From Candidatus Eiseniibacteriota bacterium (GTDB lineage Bacteria > Eisenbacteria > RBG-16-71-46): DNA of 53,224 nucleotides. The DNA is taken from positions 1 to 53,224 of the forward strand of contig JBBRLX010000031.1 of the NCBI GenBank assembly GCA_038231135.1, read 5' to 3'. Position numbers and translations under genes: made by a program. The notes beneath the pieces were generated by a model that was given only the letters and a program-made list of their open reading frames with translations, was not told the origin of the DNA and made no database searches. Shown piece after piece: positions 9,253-19,810 of this stretch (the stretch's first letter is position 1; every line of letters begins with the position of its first letter).

Positions 9253-9659
9253 AGATCGCGACCGATCGCGACCACGTCGATCTCGACCCGGCTGCCGCGC
9301 GGCAGCCCCGCCACGGCGACCGTGGTCCGCGCCGGCGGCGCGGCGGTGAACTGCCGCGCGTATACCTCGTTCATCGCCGCGAAGTCGGCCATGTCGACGA
9401 GGAACACCGTGGTCTTGACCACGTCGTCCATGGTCAGGCTCGCGCCCGCCAGCACCGCGGCCAGATTGCGGAACACCTGTTCGGTCTGCTCGGCGATGCC
9501 GCCGGCCACCAGCTCGCCGGTCCTGGGATCGAGCGACACCTGGCCGGACGTGAACACCAGCTTGTTGCCGCCGTGCAGGCGCACCACCTGTGCCTGACTG
9601 TAGGGGCCGATCGCCCCCGGAGCGCCATCGACCTGGAGCGGAGTCTTCACCGCACGCAC
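9249..9659 (-). CDS. ridA: RidA/YjgF family enamine deaminase
   Basis: APGAIGPYSQA, FTSGQV, MNEVYARQF, PPART and VEID motifs. Confidence 0.93.
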   Translation of the reverse strand: MRAVKTPLQVDGAPGAIGPYSQAQVVRLHGGNKLVFTSGQVSLDPRTGELVAGGIAEQTEQVFRNLAAVLAGASLTMDDVVKTTVFLVDMADFAAMNEVYARQFTAAPPARTTVAVAGLPRGSRVEIDVVAIGRDL

Positions 9660-9768
9660 CTCCCGTCCCCCGAGGGCGGGGACCGTGGGACCCTGGGGGC
9701 CTTTGAGTACGGGCGGCCCGGGAACTCCCCGTGCCGCCCGCGACTGGTTGCGGCGTCCCTCGAGTCCG

Positions 9769-11601
<1,833 letters not shown>

Positions 11602-11614
11602 GTTCGACTCCTTC

Positions 11615-12973
11615 TCACGAGGGCGTTGCGAGGAGCGAGCGGCGTGCGCTGTCGACCATGGCCCGGGTGCGCGCCTCGCTGGGAGACTCCGCGATGACGC
11701 GTACGACGGGTTCGGTTCCGCTTGCGCGCACGTGCAGCCATTCGTCGCCACGGCTGAACCTGAGACCGTCGGTGCTGTCGACGGAATACTCCGAAAACGC
11801 CTGCTGGAGCCGCTCGGCGGAGCGTTCCCAGGAGGTATCGGGACGAGTGATCTTCTCCTTCACCATATGGTAGCGCGGCAGGGCGTCGGCCAGGTGCCGC
11901 AGCGTAAGTCCGCTGGCCGCAATCGCCTGTGCGACCAGCCCTACCGCCACCAGGCTGTCGCGGCCGTAATGGGCCGCCGGCAGGATCATGCCGCCGTTGC
12001 CTTCGCCACCCGCCACCGCGTCGAGCGCCCGCATCGCGGCGACCACGTGGGCCTCGCCGACCAGGGTGCGATGGAGCGGCACTCCGTAGCGGGCGCACAC
12101 CGCGTCGAGGATCCGGCTCGTCGACAGGTTCGTCACCACCGGGCCCTTATGCCGCGCCAGCACCACCGACGTCCCCAGCGCCACCGTGTACTCCTCACCC
12201 AGCGGGACGCCCTGGGCGTCGACGAACGCCGCGCGATCGGCATCGGGATCCACCGCGACGCCGAAGTCCGCCGCGGCCGACGTCACGCGCGCGCACAACG
12301 CACCCAGGTGTTCGGGCAGCGGCTCGAGCTCGCGCGTGAAGCGCCCGTCGGGAACGCAGTCGAGCTCGACCACCTCGGCCCCCAGCTCGCGCAGCAGCCG
12401 CGGCACCGCGACGCCGCCGACGCTGGCGCAGCCATCCACCACCACGCGCAGCCGGCGCGCCCGGATGCGGGCGAGTTCGAGCACGTCGAGCCCCAGCACG
12501 CGCTCGAGATGCCAGTCGAGCGACGCAGCTTCGACACGCTCCCCGCCCAGCTCCTGCCACGGCACCCACAGCCCGCGATCGGCCTCGTAGCGCTCGGCCA
12601 CGCGGCGGCCGGTCGCGGCGTCGAGGAACTCGCCGCGTGACGACAGGAATTTGAGCGCGTTCCACGCCGCCGGATTGTGGCTGGCAGTGAGGATCACGCC
12701 GCCCGCGGCACCCAGATGCTCGACCGCGAGCTGGGTCGCGGGAGTGGTGGCGAGGCCCAGGTCGATCACGTCGCGCCCGGCGGCGCAGAGTCCCGAGACC
12801 GCCGCGCGCAGCACCATGGGACCGGTGGGGCGCGCGTCCCGTCCCACCACGACCGGACCCGCCGGCAGCTCGTGCGCGAACGCGGCGACGAAGCGCGCGA
12901 TCACGGGCGGCGTGAGCGAATCACCGACGATCCCGCGGATGCCGGCGACGCTGATCATGAGGGGTGTGGGCAT
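11615..12973 (-). CDS. glmM: Phosphoglucosamine mutase (phosphohexomutase family)
   Basis: TASHNP, DPDADR and GEGNGG motifs. Directly upstream of glmS. Confidence 0.9.
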   Translation of the reverse strand: MPTPLMISVAGIRGIVGDSLTPPVIARFVAAFAHELPAGPVVVGRDARPTGPMVLRAAVSGLCAAGRDVIDLGLATTPATQLAVEHLGAAGGVILTASHNPAAWNALKFLSSRGEFLDAATGRRVAERYEADRGLWVPWQELGGERVEAASLDWHLERVLGLDVLELARIRARRLRVVVDGCASVGGVAVPRLLRELGAEVVELDCVPDGRFTRELEPLPEHLGALCARVTSAAADFGVAVDPDADRAAFVDAQGVPLGEEYTVALGTSVVLARHKGPVVTNLSTSRILDAVCARYGVPLHRTLVGEAHVVAAMRALDAVAGGEGNGGMILPAAHYGRDSLVAVGLVAQAIAASGLTLRHLADALPRYHMVKEKITRPDTSWERSAERLQQAFSEYSVDSTDGLRFSRGDEWLHVRASGTEPVVRVIAESPSEARTRAMVDSARRSLLATPS

Positions 12974-13041
12974 GGGACTCCGGACGACAGGGACAGGAAT
13001 TCACAACCCCGGACCTGCCGCCAACACGCCGGGACCGTGGG

Positions 13042-13071
13042 AGAATAGAAGAGCGGCCGGGTTGAGGACAA
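13042..13071 (-). promoter_or_regulatory. Possible sigma-70 promoter for glmM-glmS
   Basis: TTGTCC-18 nt-TATTCT on the minus strand, about 70 nt above the glmM start. Confidence 0.3.
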
Positions 13072-13178
13072 TGCATCAGGCCCAAGCGCCACAAAGGTTT
13101 GACCTGGATGGCGCCAGCGTTGCCACCGTGCCGGCCTCCAAGGCTAAGGCGCGAGCCCGGCCCCGGTGCCGGCCGCGC

Positions 13179-13904
13179 TCACGGACGCGATCCGAGCGCG
13201 GCACTCGCGGTGGACATCGTGTCGCGATACGCCGGATTGCGCATGCGGGCTTCGATCGCCGCGATCCGGATCCGGCTCATGGCGTGGCGGGGATCGATCG
13301 CCAGCACCTGCCGGTACTGATCCAGGGCTTCGGCGTGCAGGCCTGCAATGTTGTACGCCGACGCCCGCCGGTAGAGCGCCTCCGCACGCTCCACGTCCGA
13401 CGTGGCACACGCCCGCGCCGAGTCGAAGCACGCGATTGCGCGCTGTACGTAGTCCCAGCGCTCGAGGCTCGTGCGCACGGGCGACCGGCCCGTCACGGGA
13501 TCCGCGTCGAACGCGCGATTCTGGAACGCGCTGCCGAGTGCCAGCCGCAGCGCCGCATCCCCGGGCGCGCGCCGCACCAGTTGCTGCCCATAGACGATCG
13601 CGCGCGCCCAGTCGCGCGCGCGCACCGCGTCGTTCGCCCGCCGCGCGAGCGTCTCGCCGGGAACGGCTTCGGACGGCGCCTGCCGCGTGCGCAGGACCCG
13701 CGTGACGAGCACGAACCCCGCGACCACGATCGCAATCGCGACGGCGATCGCCGGCACGACGCCACGCCGCCACGCCGGTCCCGTCGCGGCGCCCGTCGCG
13801 CGCGCGCGGGACTCCGCCGCCGCCGGCGCGCGCGGAGTCGTGCGCCGCGAGCGGTGGGTGCGCGGCGGGCGCGGCGGGCGCGGCGGGCGCGGCGCGCGCG
13901 TCAC
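13179..13904 (-). CDS. Membrane-anchored TPR protein
   Basis: One hydrophobic helix followed by TPR-like motifs (EALDQYRQVLAIDPRH). GTG start overlaps the upstream stop (GTGA). Confidence 0.65.
   Translation of the reverse strand: MTRAPRPPRPPRPPRTHRSRRTTPRAPAAAESRARATGAATGPAWRRGVVPAIAVAIAIVVAGFVLVTRVLRTRQAPSEAVPGETLARRANDAVRARDWARAIVYGQQLVRRAPGDAALRLALGSAFQNRAFDADPVTGRSPVRTSLERWDYVQRAIACFDSARACATSDVERAEALYRRASAYNIAGLHAEALDQYRQVLAIDPRHAMSRIRIAAIEARMRNPAYRDTMSTASAALGSRP
13860..13894. repeat. 9-bp tandem repeat GCGCGGCGG, about 4 copies, encoding (R-P-P)n
   Basis: Read directly. It is in frame within the N-terminus of the TPR protein. Confidence 0.8.
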
Positions 13905-15982
13905 GGGCGCGACTCCACGCTCTCGTGCTCGACCCCGGACGCGCGCGCCGGCACCACCACGGTGCGCGCGGTCGGCAAGCGGGCGGCCAGCGTGCGCGTG
14001 GCCGCGATGCGGGCGCCCTCGGGCACCCACACCCGCGCGGGCACGGCGACCGGCGTCCAGCGCGCCCGCCAGCGTGCGCCGTCGCGGTCGAGCGCGAGCG
14101 TCACGCGCCCGAACCGGGTCGGGGCCGGACCGAATCGCAGGCCATGCCACCACCCGGCGTCGGCGCCCATCGCCAGCTCCAGCGTGTCGCCGTCGTCCTC
14201 AACGATCATGTTGCGCACCAGGTCGACGACGCCCGCGGCCGCGGTCGCGTGCGGCGGCAGATTGGTCCCGAAGTCGCGCGTCGAGTCCGAGAACAGTTCC
14301 GACTGCCCCAGCGTGGAGCTGCTGTGGCGCAGCAAGTCCGCGAGGTAGTCGCGCGCCCAGCGCCCATGTCCCGCGAGCAGCGCCCACTCCGCGAGATCGG
14401 TGCCGAGATAGCTGTGCAACGAATCGGCGGGTCCCCAGCTCACGAGCGCCGGCCCGCGGCGCCGCCACATGCGCCCGGCGAGCGCCGCGAAGCGCGGCGC
14501 CGCCGCGGGCATCGCACCCGTCGGATACGCGAACGCCACATTGCCCCAGTCGCGTCCGATGCCCTGCCACGTGGGTGGAATGTCCGGGCTCGATGTGCGC
14601 TCGAGCGCCGCCGCGACCGCGGCGCCGTAGTCGCGCGCCGCGGCCGCGGCCTCGCCCGCCGCGGCGGGATCCTGGGCGAGCGTCGCGAGCCGCGCCGCCG
14701 CACGGCAGCCGGCGATCGACCACGCGTCATTTCCGGTGTGCTGCGCCTGCGCGAGCTCGCTGTCGCGCGGATCGGCGTAACCCATGAGTCCGCCCCACGG
14801 CGCGCCGGGAACGCGCGTGCGCTCCCGCTCGCGGCCGAGCCAGCGCACCGCGGCCAGCGCCGCCGGCAGCAACTTCCGCGCGAGCGCGCGCGACGGCGGC
14901 TGCGACGCGGCCTGTTCCATCCCCCACACCGCCTGGCCGGTGCCATCGAGTTGACCCATCTGCGACAGGAACGCGCCGTTCGGCAGCTGGAACGGCAGCA
15001 GCGATCGCATGTCGTCGGTCGCGACGTCCGACAGCCCCGCCACGGCCAGCGCGCGCACCACCCGCACGCCGTCGCGCAGCCACACGTCGCGGTACTGGAA
15101 TGGATTGCCGATCGGCACCCAGTGACCGTCGTGTCGCTCCTGGGACAGCAGCATCGTGACCAGCGCCGCGCGATACGCATCGCGCACCCGCGCGTCCGGC
15201 AGCGCGAGCGGCGCTGCCCGGGCGAGCCACCGGCGCCACGTCGCGCGCGCCGCGGTCGCGAGGCCCGCGTGACTCGTCGCCGGCAGGCGCGACGCGAGCC
15301 GTGCGTCCAGTCCATAGGCGGGGATGCGGAACTGCCACGTCGCCGTCGCCCCGTGGTTCGCCGGCAGCCGCCACCGCGCGACCCGCGCCGGCTCGCCGGC
15401 CCCTGAGTCCGGCTCGAGCGTGAGGGTTGCGCCCCCCGGCACCAGCGCCATCACCAGATCGTGATCCATCGCGTTCGAGTCAATCCAGGCGGGCGCCGCA
15501 CCGCCGCGCGCCGCGTCCCACGGCGTGAAACCGGGGCCCGCCGGTTGCCGGGTGATCCGCGCCACCAGACTCGACGGGCTCGGGTCATCCGTAAGGCGAA
15601 TGGCGCGCACGCTCACCGACAGCAGGCTCGTCGTGTCGCCGAGCGCCGGCACGGGTGCGGCCGCCGCTTCGAACTCCACGGAGTCGCGGTCGGTCACCAT
15701 CCACCAGTGGGCGATCGGCGTCGCGTCGGCCTCGAAATACACCGGCGACGTCCGCACCACCCCCGCGCCCTCGAGCCGCCACGTCACGGCGACATCGCCG
15801 GTGGCGACCACGCTGCCCGCTCCGATCTGGAAGGCCCGTCGCGTCCCCGGCACCCCGATGGCGGCGATCGAGTGCGCGAAATACTCCGGCCGCACGCGCG
15901 GCACCCCGGGCGCGGGCGCGCAGCCGGCCGCCAGCGCCAGCAGAACACCTGCGCCGTGCGGTGCCAGCCTCCGCCACGTCAT
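13901..15982 (-). CDS. Lipoprotein with a six-hairpin glycosidase-like (alpha/alpha)6 domain
   Basis: Signal peptide with lipobox LAAGC. GNPFQYRDVWLRDG resembles the YxxxWxRD motif of GH15/GH63/GH78-type barrels. C-terminal APTRFG strand. ATG at 15982 overlaps the integrase stop. Confidence 0.7.
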   Translation of the reverse strand: MTWRRLAPHGAGVLLALAAGCAPAPGVPRVRPEYFAHSIAAIGVPGTRRAFQIGAGSVVATGDVAVTWRLEGAGVVRTSPVYFEADATPIAHWWMVTDRDSVEFEAAAAPVPALGDTTSLLSVSVRAIRLTDDPSPSSLVARITRQPAGPGFTPWDAARGGAAPAWIDSNAMDHDLVMALVPGGATLTLEPDSGAGEPARVARWRLPANHGATATWQFRIPAYGLDARLASRLPATSHAGLATAARATWRRWLARAAPLALPDARVRDAYRAALVTMLLSQERHDGHWVPIGNPFQYRDVWLRDGVRVVRALAVAGLSDVATDDMRSLLPFQLPNGAFLSQMGQLDGTGQAVWGMEQAASQPPSRALARKLLPAALAAVRWLGRERERTRVPGAPWGGLMGYADPRDSELAQAQHTGNDAWSIAGCRAAARLATLAQDPAAAGEAAAAARDYGAAVAAALERTSSPDIPPTWQGIGRDWGNVAFAYPTGAMPAAAPRFAALAGRMWRRRGPALVSWGPADSLHSYLGTDLAEWALLAGHGRWARDYLADLLRHSSSTLGQSELFSDSTRDFGTNLPPHATAAAGVVDLVRNMIVEDDGDTLELAMGADAGWWHGLRFGPAPTRFGRVTLALDRDGARWRARWTPVAVPARVWVPEGARIAATRTLAARLPTARTVVVPARASGVEHESVESRP

Positions 15983-16949
15983 CGTGGCCCCGGGCCGCGC
16001 CGGGCCGGGGTGCCGAGCCATTCGGCGACCGCCCCGGTCGCCTGCGCGAGCAACTCCTCGTCGACGATCAGGTAGCGCCGGAACACCGAGCCGGTCTTGT
16101 GGCCCGTGATCTTCATGGCGATCGCCTGCTGCACGCCGGCCCGAATCAGGTTGCGCACGGCGGTGCGGCGGAAGTCGTGGAGCAGCCGGCCGTGAAGTCC
16201 GGCGCGGTTGCAGGCACCTTGCCACGAGCGTCGCAGCTTCTTCATGGGGCGGCCGTTCCAGGGGAACACTGCGGTGCACAGCCGGTCGTGCGCACGCTCC
16301 CAGCGTGTCACCTGGTCGCGCTGCGCCCGCAACAGCCGTTCGAGCCGCGGATGGTACTTGAACGGGAAGATGCGTGGCTCGCGATTCTTCGAATCATGCA
16401 GCAGCACCGTCTGCCGCGGCCAGTCGATGTCGCTCCACTGCAGCCGGAACGCTTGAAGAACCCCTGGCGGGCATTGTCGACGCGCGGCAGATCGACGAGC
16501 GGGACGCGCGGCAGCCGGCGTGAGCCGAGCCGCAGCATGCGTTTCAGGACCGCGAGCTCGCGACGCAAGGTGGCGGGGGCGACCCGGTCGATGCCGAGGC
16601 GCTTGCGCGAGTACTCCGGGATCCGGTCCTCGGTGATGTCCTCGCTGCGGTAGGCGCCGAAGAATTCACCCAGCCGCTTGAGGTGCGCCGACGGGTCCGA
16701 TCGATTCGCCTCGTAGCGGTAGTTTTCGAGCAGCAGTTCGCGCATATCTTCGAACCGGATTCGTTGCGTCAACTCGACGAATACCCCGCGGCGCACTTCG
16801 TCCAGCCGGTGACGCAGGAATGCCAGCGCCTGCTCACGATCGTCGGTGCCGGCGGACTCGCGCTGAACGCGGACGTCGATGGAGAACCCGATCCACCAAT
16901 GCGGACTATCGGGACGCCGAAACACGCTTCCGCGGCTGAGGCGGGACAT
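15979..16949 (-). pseudogene. Tyrosine recombinase/phage integrase, internally deleted and frameshifted
   Basis: The N-part (ATG 16949: GSVFRR..WWIGF..ATLRRELAVLKRM..DNARQGFF) switches frame near 16450 into the C-part (LQWSDIDW..SKN..HDFRRT..ITGHKT..RRY). The box I arginine segment is missing. Sits below tRNA-Thr. Confidence 0.85.
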
Positions 16950-17076
16950 GGACGACTCCGGCGGGGGCTGGGTCGTCGGGGTCGTTGAACATATCACCCG
17001 CGTATCGCGGCGAACGCATGAGTTCCGACCTGCTCGCCGCTGCGGAACCCCGTACGAGACCCATCCTGCCAATCGC

Positions 17077-17207
17077 ATTCCCACGAATTCGCACGCGGTC
17101 ACTGTCGAGCGAAGGCGTAGTCGCACCCACGGTCGTTGCTGGCGAGATTTCCCACGAACTTCGCACGCTGCGACACACGAAACAAAAAAACAGCGTCTTC
17201 GCACGAA
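17077..17207. repeat. Clustered TTC(C/G)CACG direct repeats, possible integrase arm-type sites
   Basis: ATTCCCACGAATTCGCACGC (17077-17096), ATTTCCCACGAACTTCGCACGC (17147-17168) and TTCGCACGAA (17198-17207). Confidence 0.55.
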
Positions 17208-17230
17208 AATACAATCGTTCGAAGACGCTG
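17181..17230 (-). terminator. Intrinsic terminator after tRNA-Thr
   Basis: 11-bp stem CAGCGTCTTCG/CGAAGACGCTG followed on the minus strand by TTTTTTTGTTT. Confidence 0.8.
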
Positions 17231-17247
17231 CTGTCATTTCAGTTACA

Positions 17248-17323
17248 TGGAGCTGGTGAGCGGAATCGAACCGCTGACCCCTTCATTACGAGTGAAGTGC
17301 TCTACCAGCTGAGCTACACCAGC
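17248..17323 (-). tRNA. tRNA-Thr (CGT)
   Basis: 76-nt cloverleaf GCTGGTG...CTTCA CTCGTAA TGAAG...TTCGATT...CACCAGC T CCA. Confidence 0.97.
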
Positions 17324-17418
17324 CCCTAAAGCGATTTGAGCCTGTTCTCCGGACCCATGCCGGCGAGAGCACTTTGCACTCGACTCAGGGGACCCGGTGA
17401 ATGGCGCGCACACATATA

Positions 17419-17494
17419 TGGTGCGACCCCCCAGAATCGAACTGGGGACACCGCGATTTTCAGTCGCGTGCTCTACCAACTGAGCTAGGGTCGC
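17419..17494 (-). tRNA. tRNA-Phe (GAA)
   Basis: 76-nt cloverleaf GCGACCC...CGCGA CTGAAAA TCGCG...TTCGATT...GGGTCGC A CCA. Confidence 0.97.
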
Positions 17495-17538
17495 ACCGCC
17501 GGAAGGCCCTCCGGGCGGGGACCTTGCGGCTCGGCAGA

Positions 17539-17566
17539 AGTATCACGCTCGCGCGACGAAGGTCAA
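17539..17566 (-). promoter_or_regulatory. Putative sigma-70 promoter for tRNA-Phe/tRNA-Thr
   Basis: TTGACC-16 nt-GATACT on the minus strand, about 45 nt above tRNA-Phe. Confidence 0.45.
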
Positions 17567-19425
17567 CCGCCCATCGCCTCCGGGAACCGCAGCCGGCGCT
17601 CCGGGCAGGCGCGCCGGTCCGGGTGCGACTGGCGCCGGTCCTCGTTGTCGCGGATCGGCAGCGTGAACGCCACGATCGCGCTCCATTCCGACTCGCTGCG
17701 GGTGCGGATCTCGCCGCCGTGCTCACGCACGATGCGCTCCGCCGAACCCAGGCTGTGACGCTGGCCGGGGCCGGACGTGAACGGCACGAACAACTGCTCG
17801 AGCGCGCTGCCCGGCGCGCGGGCGCCGTCGTGCGCGATCTCGATCACCAGATGACCGCCCACGCGACGACTCTCGATCCGGATGCGGCCGCCCATCGCCA
17901 CGGCATCGATCGAGTTCTGGAGCAGGTTCGCGACCGCCTCGCGCACGCGCGCGGCGTCGAGCATCAGCACCGGCACGTCGGGCGACAGCTTCTTCACCAG
18001 CCGGATGCGGCGGCGCACCAGTTGCTCCCCGAGCTTCTGCAGCGCCTGCTGCACGAGTTCGTTGGGCTGGACGCGCTCGAGCCGCGGGGTGACCGGCGGC
18101 GGCGCGGGCGCGGGGGCGCCGAGCAGGGTCTCGAGCCGCTCGGCTTCGCGCAGCACGATCTCCGCGTACTCGCGGCGCGGCTCCCGGGTCTCGGCGGCGC
18201 CCAGCATGCGGCGCGCGAACGCCAGCAGCGTCGCCACCGGATGGCGCAGCTCCTGCAGCCGGTCGGACGCGGTACCCGAGGCCTCGGCGACCGCCTCCAG
18301 CCGCTGCAGGCGGCCGCGCAACTCGCGCTCGCGCTCGGCGGCGCGCTTGAGCTCGAGGCAGCGGTCGGCCTGATCGAGCGCCAGCGCCACGCCGTGGCTG
18401 AGCGTCCCGAGCCAGGCGCGCGTCGCGGTGTCGAACGCCGCCTCCAGGAACGGCCGGCCGTCGCGCTGCTGGTAGACCAGCAGCACGCCGAGCGGTCGGC
18501 CGTACGCCACGAGCGGCAGCAGCGCGACGCGGGACAGCTCGTCCGCCCACTCGGGCCCGAGCAGCGGCTCGGCGTGCGGATCCTCGATCCAGCGCGGGGC
18601 GAGTGCGGTCCACGCCGCCTGGGCGAGCGGTTGCAGCACGCGCGGCGCGCGCTCGCGCAACCCGTCGGCGCCGAACGTGACGTCGAGCCGCAGCGACTCC
18701 TGGCCCCGGGCGATCCACACCGCCGCCCCCGACAGCTCGCCGTCGCGCGTCACCGACTCGACGGCCAGGTGCAGCACCTCGGCGATGTTGAGCGACGACA
18801 CCTGGGCCTCCGACAACTTCGCCAGCAGCTCGAGGCGGCGTTCGGCGCGGGTGAGCGCCATGCGGCGCTCGAACGCGCCGAGCGCGCGGCGCGCGGCCGC
18901 CCGGAAACGCTCGAGCCGCTCGCGGCGCGCGTCCGCGTCGCCACCCGTCTCCCAGCCGCCGACCACGATGCCGTGGCGGCGCTCGCCGGTCTCGAGCCGC
19001 ACCGCGGCCTCGCCGCCCGCCCCCAGCTCCGGCAGGTGGATCGCGATCGGCTCGCCCTCCCACGCGAGATGCGCCAGGCCGTCGAGCGACTCGGCGGGCC
19101 ACCGCACGCGGCGCACGGCCGTCGTGACCACGGCGGGCGGCGGCGCGAGTCCGGCACGCGCCACGGCCTCGGCCAGCGGCAGCGCGTCGCTCGGACGCGC
19201 GGCCCCGGTCCAGGCGATGAGCTGATCCTGGGGCTCGTCGTGAAGCAGCAAATGCACGCGCTCGAATCCGAGACCGTGCGGATGCAGGGCGTACGCGAGC
19301 AGCATGCGCTCGATCGCGTCGACCGCGGACGCCGTCTCGGCGAACCGCACCAGGGCCGCGAGGCCGGGACAGTCGGGGCGGTCGGCGGAGCGCTCGGACA
19401 CGAAGTGACGGGGATCGAGGGTCAT
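17563..19425 (-). CDS. GAF-domain histidine-kinase-like protein with degenerate H and G boxes
   Basis: GAF-like segments (ALLPLVAYGRPLGVLLVY), a DHp-like helix LQELRHPV, N box ANLLQNSIDA, LFVPFTS and IVREHGGEI. No transmembrane helix seen. Confidence 0.8.
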   Translation of the reverse strand: MTLDPRHFVSERSADRPDCPGLAALVRFAETASAVDAIERMLLAYALHPHGLGFERVHLLLHDEPQDQLIAWTGAARPSDALPLAEAVARAGLAPPPAVVTTAVRRVRWPAESLDGLAHLAWEGEPIAIHLPELGAGGEAAVRLETGERRHGIVVGGWETGGDADARRERLERFRAAARRALGAFERRMALTRAERRLELLAKLSEAQVSSLNIAEVLHLAVESVTRDGELSGAAVWIARGQESLRLDVTFGADGLRERAPRVLQPLAQAAWTALAPRWIEDPHAEPLLGPEWADELSRVALLPLVAYGRPLGVLLVYQQRDGRPFLEAAFDTATRAWLGTLSHGVALALDQADRCLELKRAAERERELRGRLQRLEAVAEASGTASDRLQELRHPVATLLAFARRMLGAAETREPRREYAEIVLREAERLETLLGAPAPAPPPVTPRLERVQPNELVQQALQKLGEQLVRRRIRLVKKLSPDVPVLMLDAARVREAVANLLQNSIDAVAMGGRIRIESRRVGGHLVIEIAHDGARAPGSALEQLFVPFTSGPGQRHSLGSAERIVREHGGEIRTRSESEWSAIVAFTLPIRDNEDRRQSHPDRRACPERRLRFPEAMGG

Positions 19426-19615
19426 GATTCGGGGGGTCTTTCGAGAGGGCAGTCGCAGTGGAGCGCAGGGGGAATGCGCGACCCCGCCCCGTACGGGATG
19501 GCGTCGCGCGACACCCCATTCCAGCGCAATCGCTGTGCCCGGGGTTCCCCGCCCACCCGGCCCGGACCGGCACCGCCGGGCGGACCGCATGAGCCCGGCT
19601 AAGTGTCCCGTTCGC

Positions 19616-19644
19616 TTGACGCTAGCGGCTCCGGCTCCTAGGGT
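19616..19644 (+). promoter_or_regulatory. Putative sigma-70 promoter for the GH57 gene
   Basis: TTGACG-17 nt-TAGGGT. Confidence 0.45.
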
Positions 19645-19810
19645 GCCCGAACCCTGCCGGCCGGTCCGTCACGGCCGGGGCGGAGCGGGATTCGTCGAGC
19701 TGGGTCGGAACCATCGCCGCGGGCGTGAATTACCCCGGTCGAGCCGCGGCCCAAGACTCACATTCCGACGACCGCCCATAGGCCGGAGGGTGTTCGGGAG
19801 GTTAGCAACC

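Noticed and set aside
11602..13178. glmS ribozyme
   Set aside because: Only 13 nt separate glmM and glmS, and the region above glmM lacks the ribozyme core.
12974..13178. Second att site (copy of the tRNA-Thr 3' end) closing the island
   Set aside because: No duplicate of the tRNA 3' sequence was found by eye, so the island boundary is undefined.
16430..16470. Programmed frameshift producing an active integrase
   Set aside because: There is no slippery run, and the catalytic Arg segment is missing from both frames.
17372..17400. CIRCE element (TTTGCACTC) between the tRNAs
   Set aside because: Only an imperfect half site, with no GAGTGCTAA arm at 9-nt spacing.
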